Assembly: GCA_965208125.1 (NCBI GenBank)
Contig: OZ242320.1
Location: 2,560,001-2,624,000, forward strand
DNA length: 64,000 nt
Reading direction: 5' to 3'
Source of the DNA: Candidatus Latescibacterota bacterium
GTDB lineage: Bacteria; Latescibacterota; UBA2968
Shown: positions 20,046 to 29,308 of the stretch, piece after piece
Layout of the letters: each line of letters opens with the position of its first letter
How positions within the stretch are numbered: the stretch's first letter is position 1
The notes under the pieces: generated by a model
What the model saw: only the letters and a program-made list of their open reading frames with translations
Databases searched by the model: none
Told to the model about the DNA's origin: nothing
Program-made: the position numbers and the translations under genes

Positions 20046-20219
20046 GTTAGTCCTCCAAAAAGGTTTCTGAATGCTGAAAATTGAGCTTGTGTAAAATAAT
20101 TCCTTTTTTTAATTCTGCAATACGAACGTCAGATGGTTCAAAATGGGGTTGTGGTTTGTATATTTTTTTCTCTATGTTTTTCAGAGTGAATATTTATAGT
20201 CACACGCATTAGGGAGGAG

Positions 20220-21107
20220 ATGATGGATTCTATTTATGGGATTGTGCCGCCAGTGGTGACGCCGTTTCGGGAGGATGACGCACTTGATGAGGGGGCGTTT
20301 CGAGCGGAAATTCAGTATATGATTGAGACGGCAGAGGTGCACGGGTTGGCGGTGACGGGGAGTACGGGCGAGGGGCATACGCTCGGGGATGATGAGGTGA
20401 GGCAGTTGACGCAATGGGCAGTGGAGGAAGCCGATGGGCGAGTGCCAGTGATTACGGGGATTATTACGGACAGTACGAAGTCGGCAATTGAGCGGGGGAA
20501 GGCTGTGGCCGATTTGGGTCCGGTGGCGTTGCAGGTGACACCAGTGCATTATTTGTTTCGGCCAGACGATGATGCGATGGTCAGGCATTTTGAGGCGTTG
20601 TGTGAGGGGACGGAGTTGCCGGTGATGATTTACAATGTGGTGCCGTGGACGTATTTGTCGCCGGAGTTGTTGACGCGGATTATTGACGAGGTGGATGGTG
20701 TGGTGGGGGTGAAGCAGAGTGCGGGAGATATGAAGTTGCTGGCTGATTTGTTGTTGATGGCCGGAGATCGAGCACGGATTATGACTGCGGTGGATGCGTT
20801 GTTGTATCCGTCATTTGTTTTGGGTGCGCACGGTGCGATTGCTGCGATTTTGACGGCTGTGCCCGAGTTGTGTGTGGCGGTGTGGGATGCGTGTCAGACG
20901 GGTGATCATAAAAAGGCGTTGGATTTACACGAGAAGTTGCTGCCGATTTGGAATGCGATTTTTGATGATAATTTGCCCGCAAATACCAAGTATGCGATGA
21001 AGCTGCAGGGACGTGATGGGGGTGTGCCGCGCCCGCCAATGCCACCGTCGTCTGCCGAGCAAGAGGGGCGGGTTCAGGCGGCATTGGAGAATGCAAGTGT
21101 GGTTTAA
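20220..21107 (+). CDS. Dihydrodipicolinate synthase (DapA) family aldolase/lyase
   Basis: TPF, GSTGEG, IYN, Schiff-base lysine in GVKQS. Confidence 0.9.
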   Translation: MMDSIYGIVPPVVTPFREDDALDEGAFRAEIQYMIETAEVHGLAVTGSTGEGHTLGDDEVRQLTQWAVEEADGRVPVITGIITDSTKSAIERGKAVADLGPVALQVTPVHYLFRPDDDAMVRHFEALCEGTELPVMIYNVVPWTYLSPELLTRIIDEVDGVVGVKQSAGDMKLLADLLLMAGDRARIMTAVDALLYPSFVLGAHGAIAAILTAVPELCVAVWDACQTGDHKKALDLHEKLLPIWNAIFDDNLPANTKYAMKLQGRDGGVPRPPMPPSSAEQEGRVQAALENASVV

Positions 21108-22468
21108 TCCTGCGCCTTCAGCCTGATTGGCATTAGCAATGCCAGCCATTCCGCATTCAGGGGTGTGCGCAAGATGATCGCTTTTCCCTGTTCTCTAAAT
21201 TCTATTGTGATTTCATCGCTGTCTTCAAAGTCGAGAGCATGCAGGATCTTTTTGAGATATGCGAAGTTCACGGCGAACCTGAGTGTGTCTTCTGATGGTG
21301 TTTCAAATTTGGCATTGAGGGGTACTTGAAATATCCAATCTGCAACGCCTCCTGGCGAGTCGTCATCTTTCGCGTCGTGGAGATATTGGAATTTGCCATT
21401 GTCCTCTCGGGTATATCCCGTGTCCCGTGAGGTGAGAAAGGTTATGGTTTGGGTCAGTGGCGAGAGATGCAGATCTATACGAGGGCGGTATTGCCATGTG
21501 TCCGACTCTGGGTGCCGCGCTTCCATGAAGTCTTGTAGTAAGTTCAGTGCGTGTGCGAGAAGAGTCGAGGAGATGGAAACGCGCATTGTGGGATCTTCTT
21601 GCGGGATGACCTGTTCGTATTTGACATAAGGTCCTTCGATCAAGGGGACCTGAAGGGTTGTGCCATTGCCCTGGATTTCTGCGGTTGTTTCCGCAATTTT
21701 CAATGTGGCATGTTCGGGGAGTTGAATGCCTGACCAGGGTCCGATGACAATGGGTGCGGCTAATTCCGAGAGGCTTTTCAATGTGCGAATGATCATGATA
21801 TGCCCATTGGTCGCAATCGCGCGACCGCCTGTGTCGAGACATACGCCCTGCAAGATCGGGCGTTTTTCATCGTCGCTTACAAAACCGATTACTTTTTTGA
21901 GCGCGTCCATGTCCGCGCGGTTCAGTTCAGTTGTTTGCATTTGAATATCCGACATTTTGTGCAGCTCTCCTTTCAATTTGAGACGCGCACGCCTCAGGCG
22001 CCCGCGCACGGTTTCTACCGTGAGGTTCAGGAGGTCGGCTGTTTCCGCATAAGAATATCCTTTGAAATAGTGATGGGCGATTACCTGGCGATGTTCAGCC
22101 GATAGGATGCGTAGCGCGGCTCGTACAATGTGTTTGATTTCTTCTTCATCGTGCGGTGCGGGTTCTGGATAAAATGTTTCTTCCAGCCGCAATTGCACGG
22201 CTCGACGGCGATGATGGGAGTTGACGGCGTTGCGTATGATGCTGTGTAACCAGGGTCTAAATCGGTCGGGTTTGCGAAGTTGATGCAGATTTTCGTACAC
22301 TTTGATAAATACGATTTGGACCAGGTCTTCTACGTCATCGACCAATCGTATGGATCGGGCAATTTGGGCATACACATATCGCGAATAGCGTTGCACCAGA
22401 ACTGCGAATGCTTTGCGGTCGCCGTCTAAAATCCTGGCGATGAGCGCGCTGTCTTCAATCTGTTCCAT
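21104..22468 (-). CDS. ECF sigma-70 factor fused to a DNA polymerase III beta-clamp (DnaN) domain II-III-like module
   Basis: Sigma region 2 (VEDLVQIVFIKVY..FRPWL..IIRN) and region 4 (GYSYAETADLL..TVRGRLRRAR), then DnaN-like motifs DEKRPILQGV, ATNGH, LIEGPYVKYEQVIP, NFAYL, LLMPIRL. Confidence 0.8.
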   Translation of the reverse strand: MEQIEDSALIARILDGDRKAFAVLVQRYSRYVYAQIARSIRLVDDVEDLVQIVFIKVYENLHQLRKPDRFRPWLHSIIRNAVNSHHRRRAVQLRLEETFYPEPAPHDEEEIKHIVRAALRILSAEHRQVIAHHYFKGYSYAETADLLNLTVETVRGRLRRARLKLKGELHKMSDIQMQTTELNRADMDALKKVIGFVSDDEKRPILQGVCLDTGGRAIATNGHIMIIRTLKSLSELAAPIVIGPWSGIQLPEHATLKIAETTAEIQGNGTTLQVPLIEGPYVKYEQVIPQEDPTMRVSISSTLLAHALNLLQDFMEARHPESDTWQYRPRIDLHLSPLTQTITFLTSRDTGYTREDNGKFQYLHDAKDDDSPGGVADWIFQVPLNAKFETPSEDTLRFAVNFAYLKKILHALDFEDSDEITIEFREQGKAIILRTPLNAEWLALLMPIRLKAQD

Positions 22469-22510
22469 ATTTCTCGCTGCGAAAAATTAATCCACGCGTG
22501 TTTTAATAAG

Positions 22511-22536
22511 AGACGAGCCTGTATCCCGAAAGTGTC
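22511..22536 (-). promoter_or_regulatory. Putative ECF-type promoter upstream of the sigma-clamp gene
   Basis: Minus strand GACAC-N16-CGTCT, ECF-like -35/-10 spacing, about 43 bp before the ATG. Confidence 0.5.
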
Positions 22537-22546
22537 GCATGGATAT

Positions 22547-22575
22547 AAAAAAAGCCCCGGATTGTTCCGAGGCTT
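22547..22575 (-). terminator. Intrinsic terminator after the PhyH gene
   Basis: Minus strand AAGCCTCGGA-ACAA-TCCGGGGCTT followed by a T run. Confidence 0.75.
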
Positions 22576-22588
22576 GATTTTTTCGATG

Positions 22589-23407
22589 TTAAGCATTGGG
22601 ACACTTGAAGTCCAGGCCATCCATGATGACTTTTATCTGATCGGATGGTTTGAAATAATCTGTTGCGGTATAGTTTTTGCCCAGGTCGCCCATTAACCGA
22701 CGGCGGCGGGGTGTCATGCGGGATAGAACTTCTTCGGGACATTTTTCGTAATCGTAAGGTCTGCACCACATTTGTCCATACCGGAAGGTGATGCTGCGCC
22801 GCACGACGTCTGTGTGATTTGGCGCAACTGCGTGCCACATGGTATTCGGAAAGATCGCGCAATCTCCCGCTTCGGCAATGAGTTGTATTGCGCCGGGCGG
22901 TGTTTCATTGCGCGCCTCTTTGGGCATTGGGCGGCGATGGCTGCCGGGTACCAGACAGAAGTTTGCACAATTTTCGTGTGGTATATCGGTGAGGAAAAAC
23001 TGAATTTTGAAGTTTAATGGCAGACTGTCTGGCGTGACCCGAATTTGTGCCAGTGAGCGTCCAGCATCGGTGTGCCAGCCGATCAGATTGTCGGATTTGT
23101 CATTTGGATAGCGCACGTAAATTTGCGATCCCATGATCTGGATATAAGGTCCCATCAGGTCGAGGATGACGCCAAATAAGTTGGGATGGTCCATTAACCC
23201 GTCAATACGATTCGTTCGGAAGAGCGTTTGGATGATGGTATAGACGCCTTTTTCGAGAACCTCGGGATATTTGGCTTCATACTCTGCGATTACTTCATTG
23301 GCCGCGTCGAGATAACCCGCTGCTTCGTCTTTGGGGATTACATTTTTGAGATGTAAATATCCCTGTTCCTGCCACTGTTGCCGCATGGATTTGCTCAATT
23401 GGTTCAT
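22589..23407 (-). CDS. PhyH family dioxygenase
   Basis: WQEQGYL, WHTD, VPGSH, AGD..WH. Confidence 0.9.
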   Translation of the reverse strand: MNQLSKSMRQQWQEQGYLHLKNVIPKDEAAGYLDAANEVIAEYEAKYPEVLEKGVYTIIQTLFRTNRIDGLMDHPNLFGVILDLMGPYIQIMGSQIYVRYPNDKSDNLIGWHTDAGRSLAQIRVTPDSLPLNFKIQFFLTDIPHENCANFCLVPGSHRRPMPKEARNETPPGAIQLIAEAGDCAIFPNTMWHAVAPNHTDVVRRSITFRYGQMWCRPYDYEKCPEEVLSRMTPRRRRLMGDLGKNYTATDYFKPSDQIKVIMDGLDFKCPNA

Positions 23408-23519
23408 GTCAAAGCTCCTGTGTTTTGAATGTTGTTTTAGACCTTAGCCCTTGCCTGATTGTGTACAATGAGATATTTTTCGATGAAACTATCGGAAAAC
23501 AATATAAAAGGAGGCTTTT

Positions 23520-23840
23520 ATGCTCGTGTTGACAACCCCCAATATTGAGGGAAAAACTATTGATAGCTATCAGGGTATTGTGACTGGCGAAGCTATTTTG
23601 GGTGCCAATTTTTTCAAAGATATTTTTGCGAGTCTCCGCGATATTGTCGGCGGGCGTTCAGCCGCGTATGAGTCAGAACTCCGCAGAGCCAAAGATCTCG
23701 CCATTGAGGAAATGGTCGAACAGGCACGCGGTATGGGTGCCAATGCCGTCATTGGCGTGGATCTCGACTACGATACGGTTGGCGAGGGCAGTATGCTTAT
23801 GGTCAGTGCCAGTGGCACGGCTGTTACTTATCGGGCTTGA
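23520..23840 (+). CDS. YbjQ/UPF0145 family protein
   Basis: [45 protein letters not shown]. Confidence 0.93.
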   Translation: MLVLTTPNIEGKTIDSYQGIVTGEAILGANFFKDIFASLRDIVGGRSAAYESELRRAKDLAIEEMVEQARGMGANAVIGVDLDYDTVGEGSMLMVSASGTAVTYRA

Positions 23841-23848
23841 GACGTTCG

Positions 23849-24715
23849 TTATTTGTAGTGTGTTTGGGTAAATTTCGATTCTTTTATTACGGTTTGCGAT
23901 TCGTAAATGGATCCGCTTCGGAGTGCGCCCGGCCAGGGCATTCGCACGGGTACGGCTTCCACGCGCGGGATGTTGGTCGGTTCGCCGCGCACGATTGTTT
24001 CATTGAACAAATCCCAGTTGTTCAGGCCAGATAGGGGATACGCATCGATCGCGCAGTATTGAAATAGGAGCAGTCGGCGGGGTTTGTCAGATGTATTGGA
24101 TACTGATCCGTGCAGCATGCGTACGTGATGAATTGTGATGCCGCCTGCTTTTACCATTACGGGGACGGCTCCTTTGTCGCTAAAGGTCGGATCAGTTACG
24201 GCGCCGCAGAAATGGCCATCGAGGTGATGATCGTACACTGGCCCTTTGTGCGAGCCGGGGATGACGAGCAAGGGGCCGTTTTCTTCTGTCATGTCGTCGA
24301 GCACTATGCCCACAGCGAGCAAATCGTCGTTGCTATGCGGATAAAATGCCCAGTCCTGATGCCACTCGACCGGGCTGCCGTAGCCGGGTTGTTTCATGTT
24401 GAGCTTGTTGCCATTGCAGCGCAGGCCGTATCCGATCAATTGCGATACGATGCCCAAAATTTTCTCGTGATGCAGGGTTTTGCGATATACTTCATGTAGC
24501 AGGATCGGACTTTTTAAGCGTCTCAATTTTGGGTTTTCGGGTGTGTGCCCGGGTTCGAGGTCGAATACTTCGGTGTGTTCGGTGACTTCCCGCGATTTTT
24601 CCACATATTCATCGGTTATCCGACGCAGGTTATTGACCTCGTCTTCACTGAGCACGTTCTCCACACCGAGATATCCGTGTTCGTGATAAAACGCAATTTG
24701 TTTCTGGGTGAGCAT
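23849..24715 (-). CDS. PhyH family dioxygenase
   Basis: FYHEHGYL, WHQD, NGPL..IPGSH, LHGS. Confidence 0.92.
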   Translation of the reverse strand: MLTQKQIAFYHEHGYLGVENVLSEDEVNNLRRITDEYVEKSREVTEHTEVFDLEPGHTPENPKLRRLKSPILLHEVYRKTLHHEKILGIVSQLIGYGLRCNGNKLNMKQPGYGSPVEWHQDWAFYPHSNDDLLAVGIVLDDMTEENGPLLVIPGSHKGPVYDHHLDGHFCGAVTDPTFSDKGAVPVMVKAGGITIHHVRMLHGSVSNTSDKPRRLLLFQYCAIDAYPLSGLNNWDLFNETIVRGEPTNIPRVEAVPVRMPWPGALRSGSIYESQTVIKESKFTQTHYK

Positions 24716-24731
24716 GGTTTACTCCTTCTTT

Positions 24732-26204
24732 TTATGGATGTCGGTATTTGTTTTCAAATTTTTCGCGCAGTAAGACCGCGCCTTCTGCACGGTCGGTTTC
24801 TGCAAGGCGGTCGCAATAGTCTTCGAAAGCACCCCAGGTGTGCATTGGCCCACCTTCTTGCATGACTGTCCAGAGGGGATCGTTGTCGTAGGGTCGCGGC
24901 ATGGTTTCCATCATGTGGTCGTGCCAGTTCATGAGGCGATACGCAGCCTCGCGGCATATATTGGGATTTTCAGCCGCTACGTCGCGCATTTCCCAGGGGT
25001 CGTCTGATAGGTTAAATAATAGTTCGCGTGGGTAAAGTCGATATCCGTCGTGATAGGTGCGGATATAAATCCAGTCGTCAAAGCGGACAGCCCGCTGGCA
25101 CACATGGGCGCACTGGCTCAAGATTAATTCGTTGCGTCCAGCATCTGCACCTTCGGTAATGACAGTGGCATAACTTTCGCCATCCCACAACGCCTGTTTT
25201 TGCCCACCTAAAAGATCGGCTAATGTGGGCGCCAAATCAATATTGTAATGCAGGCCCTCGTCTGTGATTCCAGACTGCCCGCCGGGCCACTTTACAATCA
25301 TGGGAATATGGCAGGTTGCCTGATCGGCTGTTCCGTGTTCCCCGTATATGCCGAGTTCGCCCATGTTTTCGCCGTGATCTGCGCTGATGATGATCGCGGT
25401 GTCGTTCAGTACGCCTTTGTTTTCCAATATGCCCACAATGATGGCGATTTGATCATCTACGTACCGGATCGCGGTGTCGTATCCATCGATCATCCGCCGC
25501 AGGTCGTCCATGTTGTCCAGGCGCCCGGGGTGCCGGGGAAAGCGCGGATTGGGGCGGTCGTTCCACATCATGATGTCCTGCGCGGTGTGGGGACCGACGA
25601 GTTTTTTGTGTTCTTCCAGTAATTCGGGGGTCAGCCAGTCCGGTAGGGGGTCATCGGCAAAGGGTTCGCCGTATTCCGCTGGCGCGCGATAGGGTGTGTG
25701 TACATCCCAGTAGTTGATGTGCAAAAACCAGTTGTCGTCCGCGGCATTGTCATTCAGCCATTTTTCGACTACGGGTGTTACTTCTTCGGCTGATTCCATG
25801 CCGCCTTTGCCGGTGTTGTGTATTTCGTTGAAGCCCGCGTAAAAATGCCACGCGGCATGCCGCTGTCCAAAGGGGCTGATCATGGATGTTTTAAATCCCT
25901 GGCGTTGCAAGAAGCCAGCCAGGCCTTCGTTGGCGAGTCGATCTCGAAAACCGCGGTTTGGCCCATTTATCCGCCGTTCTGCCGCTGTGCCGCCATGCCC
26001 TACGACGCCCGAATGAATGCCAAATTGCCCGGAGTAAAGTGCGGTGCGCGATGGCAAGCAGGGCGCGTCTGTTGTATAGACCTGGTTAAATCGAATGCCT
26101 TCGGCTGCGATTTTGTCAATTGTTGGGGATGTGTTGCGGTGATATCCGTAACAGCCCAGGTGTGTGGGATTTAAGGCGTCGAGATCGAGGTACAGGATAC
26201 GCAT
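24732..26204 (-). CDS. Formylglycine-dependent sulfatase
   Basis: CLPSR motif, HTPY, SADHGE. Confidence 0.92.
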   Translation of the reverse strand: MRILYLDLDALNPTHLGCYGYHRNTSPTIDKIAAEGIRFNQVYTTDAPCLPSRTALYSGQFGIHSGVVGHGGTAAERRINGPNRGFRDRLANEGLAGFLQRQGFKTSMISPFGQRHAAWHFYAGFNEIHNTGKGGMESAEEVTPVVEKWLNDNAADDNWFLHINYWDVHTPYRAPAEYGEPFADDPLPDWLTPELLEEHKKLVGPHTAQDIMMWNDRPNPRFPRHPGRLDNMDDLRRMIDGYDTAIRYVDDQIAIIVGILENKGVLNDTAIIISADHGENMGELGIYGEHGTADQATCHIPMIVKWPGGQSGITDEGLHYNIDLAPTLADLLGGQKQALWDGESYATVITEGADAGRNELILSQCAHVCQRAVRFDDWIYIRTYHDGYRLYPRELLFNLSDDPWEMRDVAAENPNICREAAYRLMNWHDHMMETMPRPYDNDPLWTVMQEGGPMHTWGAFEDYCDRLAETDRAEGAVLLREKFENKYRHP

Positions 26205-26285
26205 ATACGTTCCTTTCTATATTTTTTTGAGTTCAAGGGACAATTTACCTTTAAAATTGTTTCTTAGCAAGTTTATCAGTGGTTT

Positions 26286-26365
26286 GTAGGGGACGGCCCC
26301 TGTGCCGTTCCGCACGACCACCTGTGTCTGACCTTCTGCGGGCGACCACAGGGGGTCGCCCCTAC
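26286..26365. repeat. Inverted pair of GTAG-type REPs (REPIN-like doublet)
   Basis: GTAGGGGACGGCCCCTGTGCCGTTCC ... GGGCGACCACAGGGGGTCGCCCCTAC. Confidence 0.75.
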
Positions 26366-26439
26366 AAAACGGATTAACTTGACGGATCGGCCCGTTGACA
26401 TTATTCTGCATCGCACAAACAATAGCGAGGAGGCCGCAG

Positions 26440-27234
26440 ATGCCAGAGCCAACAATTTCTCTTTCACAGGAACAAATTCATTCATTTCACGAGGATGGGT
26501 TCCTCGTTCTCAATGCGATTACCACAGAGGAGGAGGTGGAACAGCTTCGGGAGATTTACGATGGGCTTTTTTCGGATCGCACGGGTTGGGATCAGGGGAG
26601 TCAGTTTGATCTGGCGGGTACCGATGAGGATGATCAACCACGCCTTCCGCAAATGCTCGGTCCCAGCCGTTTTGCGCCCGAACTGAAGGATACGCTCTAT
26701 CTGGCTAATGCGCGGGCGATTGCGCGGCAGTTGCTGGGTTCTGATATGCTCGATAGGAATGGCGAACACATGATTTACAAGCCGCCGCGTATTGGTGCGG
26801 CAACGCCGTGGCATCAGGATCAGGCGTATCACGATCCTACCATGGCGTACAAGGGCGTAAATTTTTGGATGCCGCTGGACGATGCGACGGTTGAGTCGGG
26901 TTGTTTGCAGTTTATTCCGGGTAGCCACAAGCTCGATGTTTTGCCGCATCACAGTATTAACCGGGATCCGCGCATTCACGGTCTTGAGGTTGATGATCCC
27001 GAACAGTATGCCGCTCGGGCAGTTCCCTGTCCCGTTGCGGCTGGCGGGGCTTCGCTTCACGCGTGTTATATGCTGCACTATGCAGAGCCAAATCGCACAG
27101 ATGTTCCGAGGAGGGCTTATACGCTTACGTTCAGGACACCACCCCAGATGCGCGATAAGCCCGTTGATGCGTACTGGCAAGAAAACAAACAGACAGCGCG
27201 GCAAGCAAGGGCAGATGCGTATCGAAAAAAATAA
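26440..27234 (+). CDS. PhyH family dioxygenase
   Basis: ATG at 26440 after GAGGAGG; FHEDGFL, WHQD, IPGSH, LH. Confidence 0.92.
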   Translation: MPEPTISLSQEQIHSFHEDGFLVLNAITTEEEVEQLREIYDGLFSDRTGWDQGSQFDLAGTDEDDQPRLPQMLGPSRFAPELKDTLYLANARAIARQLLGSDMLDRNGEHMIYKPPRIGAATPWHQDQAYHDPTMAYKGVNFWMPLDDATVESGCLQFIPGSHKLDVLPHHSINRDPRIHGLEVDDPEQYAARAVPCPVAAGGASLHACYMLHYAEPNRTDVPRRAYTLTFRTPPQMRDKPVDAYWQENKQTARQARADAYRKK

Positions 27235-27259
27235 ATAAAAAAATCACAAAGGAGTTTTT

Positions 27260-28267
27260 ATGAAAGTTCTTGTTACAGGCGCCGCCGGACAGGTGGGTTG
27301 CCGGCTGGTGCGCCAGTTGCTCGATCAGAATTGCGAAGTGCGGGGGACTATTCTTCCCGATGATCCCGCGCGCAGCCGTCTCGATGGTGTCGATATTGAG
27401 TTGCGCGAGGGGGATTTGACGGATTTATCTTATGTTAAAGATGCCGTCGAGGGTGTGGATGCGGTTATTCATACCGCCAATCTCGTCGGTCCGCATTTTG
27501 AACTCAACAATCAGATCAATCTCCAGGTTACACGCGCGTGTGAAGGGGTCGCCGATCATCTCGAACGCTATGTTTATACCAGTTCTTCGGGTGTGTTTCC
27601 CAATAATGGCGAAAATGTTCCGTGTGCGTATCACCCGGTGGATGAATTGCATCCCAAACGGCCGGATGGCGAGTATTCTATGTCCAAGTATTTCGGCGAG
27701 GTGATGGCAGAACGCGCGAATCGAGAGACGGGTTTGCGCTATTCTATTGTGCGTCCGAGTCACGTTTTGTCCGGGACTAAAATTTTGAATCAGTTCAGTG
27801 TTGCTCGCGTGGTCAATTTGTTGAAGAAAAGCCAGAGCAAGGCTGGCACAGAGCTGTACATGCCCGATGGTACGGAACTCTGGCACGATATCGAAGCGAA
27901 GGCAGCGTCTCCGCAGCAACCGTGTAGTATTACGGATGAGGATGGACGCCCCTGGCTTTATCAACCGCAGGATGCCCGCGATATTGCCCATTGTCTGGTT
28001 TGCGCTATGAACTCTGGCGCGGCACTGGGCGAGTCGTTTAATGCCGGCGCGCCAGAGCCATTTCCTTTTACCGAGGGGGCGCGTTTGCTTGCAGAAAGAA
28101 GAGGGGTTGAGCCGCTTGAGGTCAGAGTTCCCCTCCAGTATATGTATGACCATGCGATTGGCAAGGCCAAAAGTTTGATTGATTATCGTCCTCAAGGCGA
28201 TTTGAACACGATGGTTGAGTCGGCTTTTGCGTGTGAAGAAGGTGCGACGGATTATACCTGGGATTAA
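27260..28267 (+). CDS. NAD-dependent epimerase/dehydratase
   Basis: TGAAGQVG, YTSS, YSMSK. Confidence 0.88.
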   Translation: MKVLVTGAAGQVGCRLVRQLLDQNCEVRGTILPDDPARSRLDGVDIELREGDLTDLSYVKDAVEGVDAVIHTANLVGPHFELNNQINLQVTRACEGVADHLERYVYTSSSGVFPNNGENVPCAYHPVDELHPKRPDGEYSMSKYFGEVMAERANRETGLRYSIVRPSHVLSGTKILNQFSVARVVNLLKKSQSKAGTELYMPDGTELWHDIEAKAASPQQPCSITDEDGRPWLYQPQDARDIAHCLVCAMNSGAALGESFNAGAPEPFPFTEGARLLAERRGVEPLEVRVPLQYMYDHAIGKAKSLIDYRPQGDLNTMVESAFACEEGATDYTWD

Positions 28268-29286
28268 AGGCGCGTTTGCAAGGCATCTATCAGATTATCT
28301 GATGGTTCGCAGGGGAGTTCTACGGGCTGATGTTCCAGTGCGCTTGTGTAGATTCCCAGAATGATGTTGAAGTCGCGCAAGGCGAGGTCGAGGTTCAGAG
28401 GATGGACTTTTGCGTCGTCTTCAATCCATTGTAGCATGGCATCTGTCATGGTCGCTTGTCCGAGTATGTCTTCGTCCGGGTATTCGTGTGTGCCCCGCTC
28501 TATGTGGCCATCGATACCTGTTTCCCACGACCACATGGTCCAGTGTATATATCCCCGCGTGCCATAGGCGGCGATCCGCTTGTGGACATTGGTGCGGTCT
28601 TCATCTGTTACGCGCGGGGCAAATGGTCCCGATATGAGTTGGGCGCGCAGGCCATCGGCATATTCTATTGCTCCGATGCACTGGTCGGGCGCGAAGTGTT
28701 TTTTTGGCGTGTCTTCCAGTCCGTTCGTGCCAGAGGCTTGTCCCATTACTTTTATGGGGATGCCATCTGGATGAAAGGCGGCTATGGATTGTAGCGCGTG
28801 CGTGCCCTGATACGCCAGGTTCATGCCGCAGCTCGCTTCGATAAATCGCACGTCGCCGATTTTTCCGTCCTGTACGATTTTTTGCAAGTACTGCCTGCGC
28901 GGGTGAAAGTGTAGCTGGTGATTTACCGCGATTTTGATTTTTGCGGTTGCCGCAAAGTTTTTGATCGCACGCCAGTCTTCTCCCTGAATTGCTATGGGTT
29001 TTTCCACGAGGACAGCGGGTACTCCGGCGTTTTCCGCGGTTTCGAATACTTCCAGTCGCACACTGGGCGGGGTATTCACGTGTACCAGGTCTGGCTGTTC
29101 TTTTTCAAACATTTCCCGATAGTCCAAATACCGCGTATCGACGTCAAATGCATCGCCAAATGCGTGCAGGCTTTCTTCTGTTCGCGTGGAGATTGCGGCG
29201 AGTTTGCCGTGTGTTACGTGTTGATACGCTTCTGCCAATCCCCGCGCGCGCCCGCCGCTTACGCCGATTATTGCACATTTAAGCAT
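28264..29286 (-). CDS. Gfo/Idh/MocA oxidoreductase
   Basis: Rossmann start, EKPIA, GTH. Confidence 0.88.
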   Translation of the reverse strand: MLKCAIIGVSGGRARGLAEAYQHVTHGKLAAISTRTEESLHAFGDAFDVDTRYLDYREMFEKEQPDLVHVNTPPSVRLEVFETAENAGVPAVLVEKPIAIQGEDWRAIKNFAATAKIKIAVNHQLHFHPRRQYLQKIVQDGKIGDVRFIEASCGMNLAYQGTHALQSIAAFHPDGIPIKVMGQASGTNGLEDTPKKHFAPDQCIGAIEYADGLRAQLISGPFAPRVTDEDRTNVHKRIAAYGTRGYIHWTMWSWETGIDGHIERGTHEYPDEDILGQATMTDAMLQWIEDDAKVHPLNLDLALRDFNIILGIYTSALEHQPVELPCEPSDNLIDALQTRL

Positions 29287-29308
29287 TGAGTTCTTCCTCC
29301 TTTACACT

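Noticed and set aside
21104-21955. True dnaN gene or replication origin region
   Set aside because: Domain I is missing, it is fused to a sigma factor, and no dnaA/recF/gyrB is nearby
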